Positions 10,944 to 24,053 of a DNA stretch of 64,000 bases are shown piece after piece. The stretch spans positions 1,962,761 through 2,026,760 of the forward strand of contig BDGG01000008.1 of assembly GCA_001949185.1 (NCBI GenBank), in the 5' to 3' direction. The notes beneath the pieces are model-generated. The model was not told the origin of the DNA. It saw only the letters and a list, made by a program, of their open reading frames with translations, and did no database searches. The stretch's first letter is position 1; every line of letters starts with the position of its first letter. Position numbers and translations under genes: made by a program. This DNA comes from Ramazzottius varieornatus. Its lineage: Eukaryota; Animalia; Tardigrada.

Positions 10944-11827
10944 ATGATGGACCCAGAACAGCCATTCCGGGTAGATATCATTGTAGCCAATGACAAGAAT
11001 CGCGGAATCGGACTGAACGGTACGCTACCCTGGAGTATCCCGTAAGTTCGGAGCCGGTGAGGCTTTTCGCAGAAACCAAGCGCGCTCAGTGTTAATCTTG
11101 GTGTTTGGCCACTTACAGAGCTGAAACCAACTATTATCATGGAATGATCAACCACGTTTCCTCCCCAGGTTAGCGAACACATGCTGAACAAATTTTCGAC
11201 TCCGCTCCAACAAGTACAAACTGCAAAGTTCGCCCCACTTTACAGATAAGCAGAACGCGGTAATATTCGGTCGCATTACATTCCAGTCTATTCGAGACGC
11301 CCACGACTACGAGAAGCTACTGAAAGTGGTAGTGACGAGGGAAGCGGCGTCTACACAACCGACAGACCGCAACCTCCATTACGTTCCCACATTCCAAGCC
11401 GCAACGGAGTATCTCCAGATCGAGCGAGAGCGAGAGAGAAGGAACATCGAAACCGTCTGGGTGCTTGGTGGCTCAAGGATCTACGACGAGGCTTTGCGCT
11501 CACCGTATTTGCATCGTGTCTACTTGACCACGGTACAGGGCGAGTTCGCTTGTGACACTCACTTTCCTGAGTTCGACCGCACCCACTTTGGGATTGTCAA
11601 GTGAGTAAATCGCTAGAAAATGCATGGAAAAACTATACTTCCGGCTATATCTCGTCCATATCCTAACGATCTTTACACAGCTTTTTCGAGCGAATATGGT
11701 TCTTTCTCGTAGCGATCCCCGTGTTCCTGTAGGAGTTCAAACAGATAATGGCATCAGTTTCCAAGTCGAAGTTCTCGAACGGAAGTCCGACCAGGCGGCG
11801 CCACCCAACATTGATTTACTTGTTTAA
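10944..11827 (+). CDS. DHFR: Dihydrofolate reductase-like protein (divergent), 205 aa; exons 10944-11041, 11119-11168, 11246-11600, 11713-11827
   Basis: Motifs IIVANDKNRGIGLNGTLPW, KQNAVIFGR, VWVLGGSRIY, FACDTHFP. The 50-nt second exon matches animal DHFR. Frame intact (618 nt). Confidence 0.9.
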
Positions 11828-12456
11828 GGCATCGCATGATTTATAATATGACGTTTTTGCAGACGCACCTTTAGCTCAAGCCACCGCCGGTGTTCTTAGA
11901 CCTTCTTGCAAATCGATGTTCTATAAATAGTTCGCGGCAAACGGTATCTGCTAATTAGTCGATTTTTGTTAATTCTATTCATGGCTGACCAAACTCATCC
12001 ACTTGCACAGAAGCCATCTCACGAAGTAAGCCCGTAATCTGTGGTTTCGGTTCCCTTGGGACAATGCCGTTGATAACCTAATCTAATCAACCTCTAATCG
12101 TAGCTAAATTAAGCAGGACTAAGCATATGCCATGTCCACTGGGTTTCCTGAGACCACAGCGTTCTCGAAGCATGACTGTTTTTTGATGATCAGCCACAGA
12201 AAGGGCTCGACCGAAACACGAGAAAATAACTTAATCAAAACTTAATTATGGGGCATCGGAAGCCGAGCTCCCGGCTGAGACGTGCTGGGATGACGAAAAC
12301 AGACAACGAAAACAACGTTATTGGGCACGTTTGGTGTGACTGATCGAAGGAGCGCCTTGGCCAAGCAATGGAGGATCTTCACTCGTTTCCATTTGCGGCC
12401 AGTATGGACGATGAACTCCGTTGACGGCAATTTATTCGCGCAAGCTTTGACACATA

Positions 12457-12795
12457 CGAGGTAAAACTAGCGGACTTGTCTATGTAAAATCGCATGGTGG
12501 AGTTGTCCACCCTGAAAACTTTACACTTGTATGTGTATCGTAACTTGATTGATGAAAATCAGCTATTTTTTCGAAAACAGGCTTTTTAACATTGTGCTGA
12601 CTGTATCTCTTCCCAGCGGACGTTTCTCACGAAGTCCGCTCTTTTTCCTGTCTACCATGTTTGACAAATAGATGAGGGTTTTTTCCCTATCGAATAGACC
12701 AAAAAGTAACAAAATCTGATCAGCAGATGAGGAGATCTGGGGTGGCCAAGTACCTTATGCGACAATACATGGACAAGTCCGCTACTTTTACCTGG
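12457..12795. mobile_element. mariner-type MITE (339 bp)
   Basis: TIRs CGAGGTAAAACTAGCGGACTTGTCTATGTA / TACATGGACAAGTCCGCTACTTTTACCTGG; TA TSD. Confidence 0.8.
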
Positions 12796-12895
12796 TAGAG
12801 TGATAACAGAACAAAACACTTGGTGAGGTCTTGCTGAGGCTGCCCAAATGAGTCTGAACGCGCATCGTTGTGCATATCTCGGAAAACATGAAGTT

Positions 12896-13000
12896 ATGAA
12901 AGTCGTCGGTTCCGCCCAATATTTATGCTATTCGTCTGGAATGCATCAAAATATTTTGATGAGATAGATCGGATCAATCCCAGGTACAGGCATCCTATCC
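12896..13000. repeat. Dispersed repeat fragment; inverted homologue at 46159-46263
   Basis: ATGAAAGTCGTCGGTTCCGCCCAATATTT...GCATCAAAATATTTTGATGAGATAGA matches the reverse complement of 46159-46263. Confidence 0.65.
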
Positions 13001-13592
13001 TTGCATTGAGCACTGAGCAGATCCATTTCGACCCAGTTTGCTGCAGCACGATACAAAAACGAAAAGCACTTTTGATAGTCCGCACTGAATTACCTCAAGA
13101 TCGTCATCACTCATCTTTCATGGCTCAGAAAACACAACGTTTAAAACCAAAAGCAACATGCAATGATAATTGTTTTGCGACTAGTGGAGAAGAAGAAATG
13201 CGTTGGCTAACAAGTTTGCACCGTTTAAAATAAAGTTCGCTACTAGTTTTCAGTACAATGCTCCCTTGAGTTGTTTTGATGAAACTGAAAAGAATACAGG
13301 TCGAGTCTAATTGCTTGGATGGATTTTGAAAATCCGTGTTAAATCTGTTTCTGACTCGTTGCAGTCGTGCTCCCTCTCGCTGGATAGATCAGTTTCAGAT
13401 CTTCCAGATGGTATACGATTTGTGGTCGCAACTTTGATTGCTTGATCAGTACGATTCTTGCAAAAAACACCTACACTGAACCCCATAATTATCTGTCCAC
13501 CCCCATTTTTTTTCAAAAATTCGTAACTTATTTTGCACTAACCCGATTTTGATATTTTAGACGTCTTTATAGAGATCAGTATTTGATCTTTA

Positions 13593-14202
13593 CGACCACG
13601 TGACTTCCGTATGAATCAATCAGCAAGTCAACTGGCAGTATCATCCCTACGAACACCTAAAACTGCCTTGTTTTCGGCTCATGCTTGATGCTATTATGTG
13701 GCCCCAACATGAAGCTTTCAAGGTAGCCCATGTGAGAAACTTTTGCAGATATGCAGAAAAAGCTGTGTTGTCGTGTCAACCAGGAAGTATTCTCGGTTAT
13801 TTTCGGTCGTGATATTCACGACGCCTTTTCTTCGACATCCTTGCTGGCAAGTTACGTTCAAATGGTGACACCTTTCATAGAGATAATCAGACTTTGTAGT
13901 TTGAGTCATTCGGTCAGCCGAAACGGAAGATATCGAAAGGTAACCATGAAGTAGCGCGTTTCATGCGGCAAAAGGGGCATGTAGGTATGTCAACGAAACT
14001 TTTTCCGCAGAGTTTTAAAAATTTCTCACATGGGCTTACTTGAAAGCTTGATGTTGGGGCTACATGATAGTAACAAGCATGATGTGCTACCTGCTGGCTA
14101 GCACCCGCAGCTCGGAGCCGAAAACAAGGCACTTTTAGGTGTTCGTAGAGATGATACTGCCAGTTGACTTGCCGATTGATTCATACGGAAGTCACGTGGT
14201 CG
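13593..14202. mobile_element. Foldback element / MITE with long (about 150 bp) inverted arms
   Basis: CGACCACGTGACTTCCGTATGAATCAATCAGCAAGTCAACTGGCAGTATCATC...GCCTTGTTTTCGGCTC is mirrored at 14115-14202; inner arms TTTCAAG-TAGCCCATGTGAGAAA also pair. No clear TSD. Confidence 0.75.
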
Positions 14203-16890
14203 CAATAAGATTATCGAAAGTCACGTGCTAATGTTAAGTCTACGTGATCAGCCGACTGCAAGTAAAATCAATCATCGCTGACGAATTTCAATTATTGAAA
14301 TTAAAATTCGATTTCCTATTATGGATCAATCAATCAAGCGAACGCCAACCCGCACAATTAAAACGATTTCAATTATTAAAATCGATTTCCTATTATAATG
14401 ATCAAAAAACACTGGTTTCAGCCGGGCTTGTAAGACTACCGACCTGCATCAAAAAAAGTTTTCTCGAGGGACAAATGCTCGGGCTAAATTTACAAAAACC
14501 AATTGACCATCTTTAAATCACTGCCGAAGGAATAAGCAAAATTAACTTATGAAATATGCCTGACTTTCTGCTTACTCGCGGGTGTAATATTAATATTCTC
14601 CACCAGAAGTGTCAGAAGCCGTTTTGTTTTGTATGTAGCAGGATGCTGTTTCAGTAAGATTGCATGAGCACAATTTATTTGCGGGTTTCATACAGCAACA
14701 AAAGAGCCGAAACTGACCAAATAATTCTCAAACTAGCTAGTGGTTCTGACCACTGGGAAGGCCGAGCAAAGGAGGCAAAAAATTATAGGCCACACATTTC
14801 TACTACGTTACGTTGCACTTGCGAGTGAAAACTTTCTGTGACCCGGATCAAGTCACGCATTTGTTTTCAGTACAGAGTTTGCGATATGTGAAAGCTCGAA
14901 GAATCTGATCGTCCATTGAAATTTCGACAGACTTAAAAGGGCTTCGCTTCGCTCGGCCTGATAATGAAACCGACTGCAGTATCAGTTTTCGGGAACTTAT
15001 GAGTTCTGTGGATTTCGTTTTCTCCTGATCATGCGATCTGGATGATATTTTCAGTTCAGAATTTCAAAGGCTTGAGCTATCTGTAGACAATAGTTGAGGG
15101 CAGTGAGGGTATGGCAGAATCGTTTATGCCAGTGCAAAATCCATCCAAGTGATTAGATTCAACCTGTAGTCCCTGTCGAAAAGTCATCTTTGATGTTTTC
15201 AACTTGCCTGACTGATCTGTTCGTCGGATGATCAAGAGCGTCTCATAAAATAAGAAGGATTACGACGTGTGCAACAGCACCTGCTTGTAGTATGGCCTGG
15301 TGTGATAGTCAGTGGTCACTCGCCCATGAGAGTACGGGCGCAGCCGAAGGCTGTGGCAGAAGTGGGCCGCAGTCGAGTGAGTGGCGCAGTCATCGAGAAA
15401 AATTTGCGATACTTGGCCTTCTGACCGAGTTTGCACGTTCTACGTAATCGTGTAAATGTTGGCTTCAAGCTTAAACGGTAGCGGAAGAATCGGCCTATGT
15501 ACTGGCACCAACTTCTTCGTTGCAAAAATAACCGCTCATTTCTGAAAATTGCACGTTCACACCGGCCTCAAACGTTTTCACCAGGGCCGTCGCGGCCTGT
15601 ATCGAATGTACCAACCACGTCATGCGTCGCGATCAGTTTGCACTGCTCAGCCTTAGCCAGTGACGTCACAGTGCAATCGTGATACATTCAATACAGGCCG
15701 CTGGTTTTCACCATCCAGGGGAAAGGACGTGGGACAACCCAAGTCTTATGCTTTTGTAGAAATCGTATCACGCCTTTTGAAGCAGAAAATTTTCTCTGAG
15801 TTAGTTATTTGTCATATTTATGATAGTTGAAAGAACGTGGAAAAAACCGAGCCTGGTATCCTGATTCCGAAAACTAGAGATTTTTTCTCGCTGATTGAGT
15901 ATACACTGTACTGTACAGTACCAACCCCGAAACATTTCTGAGATCTCTGAGCACGAACGAACATAATCCGGGGATAGCTCGGTTTGATCTGGTCCAATAA
16001 CTGAAACCGTCTGCCATCTTAGATGTTTGGGCAAACAGGTCCAGGATTAAAGGTTAAGATATGCGTTGATCGTGAGACTTGTCTTACTAACCCACAACTT
16101 TGACATTGCACAGAAAGAATTCGCATACTCGCACCGTTCCATATTCCTGTAATTACATAGTAATTGCTGTTCATCTAGTTTACTCCCACGACCCTCATTA
16201 TGATCATCCGACTTCCTTATCCCCTGCATTTATCCAGAACCCTAACAATACTCACTGTCTCCCACCGCTCATGAAGTTGAAGGTTTTTCGAGCTCATCAG
16301 CGCGAGCCGATCGGCTTGTTATTAGATCAACGGGATTCGCCGAACTTAGCCGTCTCTGGTGAATTTTCCCGTTTTTCATCGCGGATGAATCCCTTTCAGA
16401 TCTGATCATCTTAACCAGCGTCGAAATTACTCCGTTCATTGACCGCTGAAACTAGGGAATATACGTGATCACGACCGTTTCCGCTAGCTTTCCGTCGTAA
16501 GGCACAGTGCGTCGCATGGTCGTGACAGGTGTTGCAGCTGGTTCTGTCACGTGCTAATCTTGTTACCTGTTCCTTCTGCTCAGTCCTTGAGGAGTACAGC
16601 TGGCCTTGAACGTCGTGTCCACATAGTTCGCATCTTAAACCTCACGATCCTTAATCTGACGTCACCCCTAATCTAGCACGCATGTCGTTACCCGATATAT
16701 CTGGATAAACTTGACTCCCTACATCCTGCCCCATCGGTCTTTTTTTCACCTTTCGAGCCTGAGGAAATCATCTGTCCGGAAACAACGTTTATCCGTACGA
16801 TGGGATGTCTGACTCCCAACAGCCGATCCTGCGTCTTACCTAGCTAAAAAAGTCCACTGCACCCCTTACTTTTGTGCCGAGAAAGTCGCC

Positions 16891-18169
16891 ATGCAGGCGA
16901 TCACGGCTAATTTTTCGTTTCCAGTTAACTGGAATCAAACTTCGTCCAGCCTAGATCCCACTCCGATATTCCTATCCGTTTTGATCCTTTTGACAAATTC
17001 TTTTGGGGTAATAGCCAACACGGTCATCCTTATCGCCACCGCAATGTAAGTCCTCCTTACTTTAACCCGTTGCTTATTCAGCGTGTTTTGTTGAGAACTG
17101 CTATGGAAAGTTCTGCCGAATCAACTTCGCCTGCTAACGTTCTCAGGTATCCACCTTTACGGGCTTCCTCATCCATTCTGCTGATAGCCCACAGCGTTTT
17201 TCTGGACATACTCATCTCAGGCATCACTCACCCCATAGCCGCCATTCTGACCATACTGGGTCCCCTCCACGCCCTACCTTCCTGGTTCTGCTCCGCATAC
17301 CCGCTGTTCACGTACGCCTTCTACATAGTAGGTACATGGGCCAACACTATGTTGGCACTTCAACGTCTGACCGCCATCGCAGCCCCACACCGCTTTCCTC
17401 TGTTACAACGGAGATCCGCAGTCGTCGCACTGTACCTTCTCCCCTGGGTCATTTCTTACTTCCTGAACCTGTTCCCAGCCTTGAACTTGGTGGGCATCAC
17501 GATGAACAGAATACCCTTCTCCGGGACTTGCCTGATTATGTCGGTGGCTGGAACTGTTGATCGACTGATGATCTACACTGTTCCCGCTGTTTTTCTGCCG
17601 GCTGTGGTCAAGGGAATTTGTTACGCTATTGTCCTGACAAGATCCGTTGGGCAACTTCGTGATGAGGAACAGCGAACTAATAATCCACGACGCATAGCAG
17701 CTAATCGCCGGCGGTTGGATGTTTCCCGAGCCCTCTTCATGTGCTATTTCTGGCATTGTACCGCCCTGTTCCCTACGGTTCTTTTCACAAACTTCCTACC
17801 CGGTGTTTATGTGAACCATGTGGCTCTTCAATGTATCCTCCGCTGGCTAACAGCCACTAATGGCGCATTCAACCCGGTAATGTCCTGCAATTAGCTTCAC
17901 ATTCCACACCGCCCAAGAAGGTCACCGCTACGCAATCTGAATGACTTTTTGAACGCAATACAGTCTTGGTTTTGACGGTTTTTCTGTCTTTTCAGATCTT
18001 CCTTTGTGCCAGCAGTAAAATTTTCTTGCACGGTGTCAAAACCGTTCTTAGTCAATGCTTTTCCTGTTCCTTCCTGGATGACGGAGACCTCGACAATAGG
18101 GTTCATCCGCTCACCGACTTTGTCGCAACACATCGAGGAAGCAAACGTAGCAACGGCCGAATACCTTAA
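16891..18169 (+). CDS. Divergent class A (rhodopsin-like) GPCR; exons 16891-17045, 17147-17876, 17996-18169
   Basis: N-glycosylation sequons in the N-terminus; TM1 GVIANTVIL; TM3 ALQRLTAIAAP (DRY becomes QRL); ECL2 Cys; TM7 NGAFNPIFL. Splice phases fit. Confidence 0.88.
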
Positions 18170-18657
18170 GTTCCGACGGAAAATCCAGTTCGTGATGAGA
18201 TGAATGATGCAATATTACCCAATGGTCTCTAGCATCAACTTGCAAGATGGCTTGGGTAGTTTGTCAAAAAGCTAATATACTCGTATTCAGCATACGGGAT
18301 GGGCTGAGATAATAACTGTGATCTAATTGAGTGCACCCAGCTCGTGCGATTGTTAAAGTTATTATTTCTCTCGCTGACCGAAATGCGAGTCAACTCAAGC
18401 GGAGAAAAACGGATGTGGAGACAGCGTGATGTCGGAGCAGATTATGTTATGCTTGGAGGGTTGAATGTAGTCTATCGACTGCCCTTTGACGACATTGCTC
18501 ATTTTATAACACAAAGCTTTCCTAACTACAGTATCAATTCCCCATAGTGAGACACCCCTCATCTCAAAGAACAACTCAAAGCACTTTTTCCTACCGGCTC
18601 TCTACCTCTTTACGAACGTCGATCGTTAAACAGCTACACTGATCTTTTGAAGCTTGC

Positions 18658-21640
18658 TCAGCTTGAGAATTTAGGGCTTCTTCTAGGAGGCGGCGTCGGC
18701 GCAGGTCTCCGCGTCAACCGGGGACTGGGGCGAGCTCGTATACCCTCAAGAATAGGCGATCTGTTGTGAACCGGTTTTGGTACTTCACCATTGTTAACCG
18801 TCTCGGGTGGCATACTGAATTCTCCCACGCGCAAAGGAGGTCGACTGTTTACACCATCCTGCAAAGTATGCCCGTTTCGGTCTTCCGTTCGGTTCAAAGG
18901 TGGTGTCAGTGGCTTCGTGACTGACGTAGGTGACGTGGATGTGGCTGAAAGCGAGCTGGACGGACGTGTTCGTGAATTCGAAGAGCTGCGGTCCCTGAAA
19001 GTTGGGGGTCTTAGAACCGGATCGGAAGCGATGGAATCATGGCTGACTGCAGACTTGACACCTGAAATAACCACGTTTGTTATTGATGTTTCTGGTGAAG
19101 CGTGTTGTATGAGGAAACAGCGGAATCCTTTTACTTGGAACCTCCAACGAACGTAAACTTCCGGGTTTCGAAGTTGGTGGCGCCACGGCAGCTATCCTTA
19201 CGGAGGTCTCCTTTCTGATCTGGTTCGCGATGTCGGAGTGACCCGTGCTGATTGCTGATTTGAAACCTGAAGAAGGATCGTTGAGCGCAATATTTCGGCC
19301 ACACGGTACGTCGTCGGGGATAACAGGGTGCGGTTAGAAAACGGCTTACTCTGTGTTTCACTGAAGGTGCTCTTGGCATCGGTATAATTGCTCTTTGTTT
19401 GAGTGTCCGAAAGGTACTCTTCTGGTGGAGGTGGTGGACTTGCTCCACTGTCTGATAGAATAAAGGATCTCGTGTCCACTGATATGCAGTCTTCGAACTG
19501 ATCCCGGTCTGATCGTCGGGACGAACTTCTTGAGCGCAAGTCGTTGTACGAAGAGCCGGCAACCGACATTGGCCCGAAGGAAGCCACACGTGGGACATTA
19601 CAGCTTCCATTCCGTCTCTTCATATCTTCGTCCAGTTCGCTCACTGAAAGAAACCAACTGGTAATGCTTTTTGTGCGAAACCATAGAAGAACAGCAAAGA
19701 TACAGGAGAAACAACATCCGAGTCCGTATACACAAAATCTTCAGCCATAAGGAACATCTACCTCACTGTCAGGAAAATTTAGTCCTTACCAACGTCAAAC
19801 AGAGCCTTAGTTTCTTTTTGGTAAGGAAACGTATCGCTCTTGCAAGGACTTACAGATGCGTTCGACGTCTTCGCTGACGCGTGTTCTTGCCGATATCAGG
19901 GTGTATCCATTCTTCGGGAAAGCCAGTCCCTCTGCAGGACCGATGGAATCTCCCTCGTTTGCCACATCGTGGAATGCCTCACCGTAAGCATGTAGCGACC
20001 CTTCCGGAGTAAAGTACTCGGAAGAGCCGGAAGCCAGTGAACGGTCGTTGCTGACCGAGCGATGCATAGATCCGTTTGGTGTGAAATATGCAGAGGACGC
20101 CACTGAGCTCAATCCCGACTGCCGATCCATCTTGGACAACAAGGCGCTGTACTTCTTCGAGACGACTTCCAGTGCGTCTTCCGCAAGCTGTGCTCGATCC
20201 CTTTCGAGGATGAGTTCCTCCTCCCTTTTCTGTGGAAAATTTAGCATCCATCCATTAACATAACATCTCTTTTGTCCACGAAGTTTCGTTGTAGGACTTG
20301 TAATTCTATTATCTCAAGAGAATGGCCTGCCGTAATTCGACTAATTTTCTACAATTTTTCTTACTCTGTTCTCCTGCAGAACCGCATCGTGAAATTCCCG
20401 CAACGATTTTTGCGCTCTTTCAGACGCTCCCACGACATCTTGGACACTGTGTCCCACGCCGGCTTCCTCTATCCTTGGCTGGACATCTCGCAGAGCGTTG
20501 TGAAGCGTGAAGAGCGACCTGTGCAAGGTTTCCAGCCGCTCCTTGGCTTCCTTGGCCAAACCTTCCAAGAAGTCGGCGTCACTGACGCCGGTACTGGCAG
20601 CTGTCTTGACACCGATACAGTTGTTGGCATAAGCAATATGACTTTTCAGTGCTTGTATCCATTCCTAAAATAAGCACATAATAAGTCTTGCTCATATGCT
20701 TGTTTCTTAACGAACTGATATTTTTAGACATCGGAACAATTTAGGCTTTGTTGACACTATCCATACGCCATAGACTCAGTACTTCAAACGTAATCGTCAA
20801 CCAATCATGGACCACTGAAGTCTGAGCGAGGGAATGAATTCGAGAAATATTTGACACTTACTCCGCGAAAAGAAGCACGTAGATCCAGTGGTACTTTGAA
20901 CTTGAGCGATGCACCATTGCATAGTCGAATCTTGATGGAATTTGGCTTCTTGCCTTCCTGAAAGAAAACAATCCAAGCATGCCGTATAAATTAAACACCG
21001 ACAAAGAAATCGAACGTGTTACTCTGCGTGGCGGAATTTGTCTGATGATTTGGCTGTGTCGCCCACAGTTTACAAAATAGCCGAAAGACATATTATGACG
21101 AACGCGACCGCTCGACCAAGAACCTATTAATTTCATGGAACAAGCGCTCATTTTGAAAGGCATACTCTTGACTCGTAAACCTGGAAACTGCGCGTGGGTA
21201 AACACCACAGGCAAGCTTTGCTCACCAGTCTCTGTAAGTACGATGGCAGAAACCCACCTTGACGATGGCTAAATCCAGATGCACGTGATGGCCGGACTTC
21301 TTGGTGAAGTTGGTCTCGGACCGATCGGTATCCAGATCCGATCTGAGGGAGAGAAGTTTTGGTCTCGGACAAAATGAACGAGTTAGACTGCAGACTATAC
21401 TTTTGTGCAAATGAAAGCCCCTCTTGCTGCACGTACTGTTTGTCATAAATAAGTATAGTCCCACGATGTAGCCGCACCCAGCTTTTTCTGGTGCCCATCC
21501 ATGACTTCTGCAACAAAAACCTTTACATTGTTTTGTGCTAATACTCTAAATCCAGTGCGCAAAATGCCCGTTACTCAAGCAGTGTTTGAGTGAAACGCAC
21601 TTACCCGGTACAAATATCCTTCGAATGTCCGGCAAACCAT
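18658..21640 (-). CDS. PH domain + coiled coil + FFAT-like motifs + S/P/R-rich tail, about 597 aa (OSBP N-terminal-like, no ORD); exons 21640-21605, 21507-21437, 21342-21258, 20957-20862, 20664-20365, 20229-19854, 19643-19350, 19266-19135, 19061-18658
   Basis: PH motifs EGYLYRKSW..RKSWVRLHRGTILIY, VHLDLAIVK, EWIQALKSHIAY. Coiled coil LILERDRAQLAEDALEVVSKKY. Nine exons join with GT-AG and consistent phase (1794 nt). Confidence 0.78.
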
Positions 21641-23008
21641 GACTCGATGGTGATACAAAAATAATTTTCCGGCAGATACCACACCTTTTTCACAAGAATT
21701 CAGTTTGGGATCTTATGCTGGAACATGTAATGAGCGTTATCCGGTGCGAAGTTGAAAAACTGGAAACGGTGGATTATTGACGTATCGATCTGGTTCACTG
21801 GTCATCATTCCGGCTAATTTTCCGGTCAGTCACTGGCATCTGTCGTTCCAGACCATGTCCACTATTCATCGATATTTGTGCACAGTAGGGTAGCTTTACT
21901 CAGCCGCTGCAGTTCCCGTACCGTACAGTAGTACAAAATGATGCAAGCTAGCGGGGATGGAATTTCAAACAGACCTTGAGATTCAAGCTCAACTACACAC
22001 AACTTCCGTAATGCGTGCCGCGACTGTGTATTTCAAAGTCATTCATGGGCAATCGAGACAGACTCTGACAAAATTCATACGCGCAGTTGGAGTTCGTAAG
22101 CCGATGTGTTTTCGCCTGCATGACCACGGCTCCGCTGTAAACTTGACGGCTAGCTGGGTAGCTAGCTAACCAGTCTGTAGTTACGCCATCAGTTTAACGA
22201 TAGCACAAAGTACAGCTTGCTCATGGCTAACTGTCTGCTTGAGTAGATATCGCTTTGGGTTATCTCACCACCAGGTATTCAACTTTTGTTGCAGTCCGAT
22301 ATCAGAAGTGCGTTCGAAAAGTGAGAGTGAACATCCTAAAGCACGACGGTCCTATGTATTATGGCCACATTCTCAAAGCGCCTTTAGGTATCGCCGTAAC
22401 TCTTTGTGTAGCATCAATATGGCGGGTGGCTGTAACATGGAGTGAGAACCCGTAAGATGGCGCCTCTGTTACCGCGAGATTCACGTGGTAGCGAGATTTG
22501 AGTCGCCTGATACTCCACTGCGGACCGCAAAGAAATCAGGTTCTCTGGAAACTTCCGGAGTCTGATGTACAGCTACAGCCAATATTTGCAGTATTCTGAA
22601 TTGTTTCGCAAGCGCCATGTGGGTTAATGATTGGCGAGCTTACGCAGCAGAAGGCGCCACCTGTCTGGCGAGCGCTTCTTGGTCACACCATCAATTCCTG
22701 CTCGTAGCTGGCCATCGTCCATCAAGCAGCGCTGCACTCGTCAGCAGAGATTTGGTTCTGGTTTCGCTAGAGTCGAAGACACTGTTCCTCAAAGCAAGTC
22801 TCATTCTGCGAGTGCTTTCCACCATCCAACCCACCCTGTATTTCCTGTTGTTCTGCAGCTTTGTCGATCTCGATCTATGAATACACCGTTCGCGATAAAG
22901 TAGGCTTCGTTAGCTTTTCGCATGACTGTACAAGTGTATCAAAGCGCTGAGCATGGGAGCTCGAACTCTCCACCACGACCACTACAACAGACTCCCACAG
23001 TTATTAAC

Positions 23009-24053
23009 TGATAATTAAAAATGGTCAAAAACGATCGTTTTGGATTTAGAATTTCAGTGCGACAATCAGAACCGGAGATGTCGTGCTGGACACAGGACAG
23101 TTCTAAGATTCATCGATATCAGAATCACTGTAATCTGAACTGTTGAAATAGAAAAAATTACGGTTGGCAATCGGAATACAGAATGTAGCTATTTGAATCA
23201 TTGAATGAATTCGAATCTGCGTCAACGGGGTCGTAGAACGCAGGTGGGCGCATCAAGTGTCGGAGTTTTTGCGTGATCTGACGCCTGATCGCGGAACGCG
23301 TGTGCGTATGTGCATGTCATGCGACGCAGCAAGTACGGCTTACTGTTATGCTCCGTGAAGCGCGCACGGTGCACTAACGTACGAGCTATATTGCACCCTT
23401 CCCAATATTTCCCACTACCAAATCCCACGGGCATGTTTCGCGATCATGATGACATTATAGAAGGCTCGGCGAAGCTAAAATAAGCCGTTTTAGCCGTTCT
23501 TAGCCCTGGCTAAAAATGTTTTAACCACGGCTAAAGCAGCTAAAATATTTTTAGCCACGGCTAGAATGTATTGTGCGTTCGAATGATTTATCGATGCCAA
23601 ACCTATTTTAGCCGACACAACATCAATAAATCAAGTTAGCCGCACAATACATTTTAGCCGTGGCTAAAAGTATTTTAGCTGCTTTAGCCGCGGCTAAAAC
23701 CTTTTTTAGCCACGGCTAAGAACGGCTGAAGCGGCTAACCTTAGAGCCTTCTCTAGATGTCATATACTCTAGAGGCATCAGGAGGCATCACGGTACCTGT
23801 ACACATCACCTCATCCGTTTTCGACTTTTCATTGCCCTGAGTGTAACGGGCATTGTTTCGAACATCGACGAGCATCCATGCGGATGGAACAAGAAACTCA
23901 GGTCACAAATATGTTTGTCTGAATGCTGGAACCTAAAAAAAGACACCTCAACAATTAGAATAATTTCAGTTGCTGTCGCGAGGTGAATTTCGATTGATTG
24001 CTGGTTTACCTACACTCGATGTCAGATAATTGAAATCGCTGCCGCCCGAGGTA
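23009..24053. repeat. Dispersed repeat, copy 2 (homologous to 5216-6522)
   Basis: Same colinear blocks as copy 1. Confidence 0.7.
23456..23755. mobile_element. hAT-type MITE (300 bp), highly palindromic
   Basis: TIR TATAGAAGGCTC / GAGCCTTCTCTA; 8-bp TSD GATGACAT / GATGTCAT; many TTAGCCNNGGCTAA subterminal repeats. Confidence 0.8.

Noticed and set aside
21093-21257. Alternative short ending giving a 103-aa PH-only protein
   Set aside because: Needs a 45-nt intron and lacks the PH C-terminal Trp helix, which the 20957 and 20664 exons supply.
23456-23755. TTAGCC/GGCTAA repeats as a telomeric or CRISPR-like array
   Set aside because: Bounded by TIRs and an 8-bp TSD, so explained as hAT MITE subterminal repeats.
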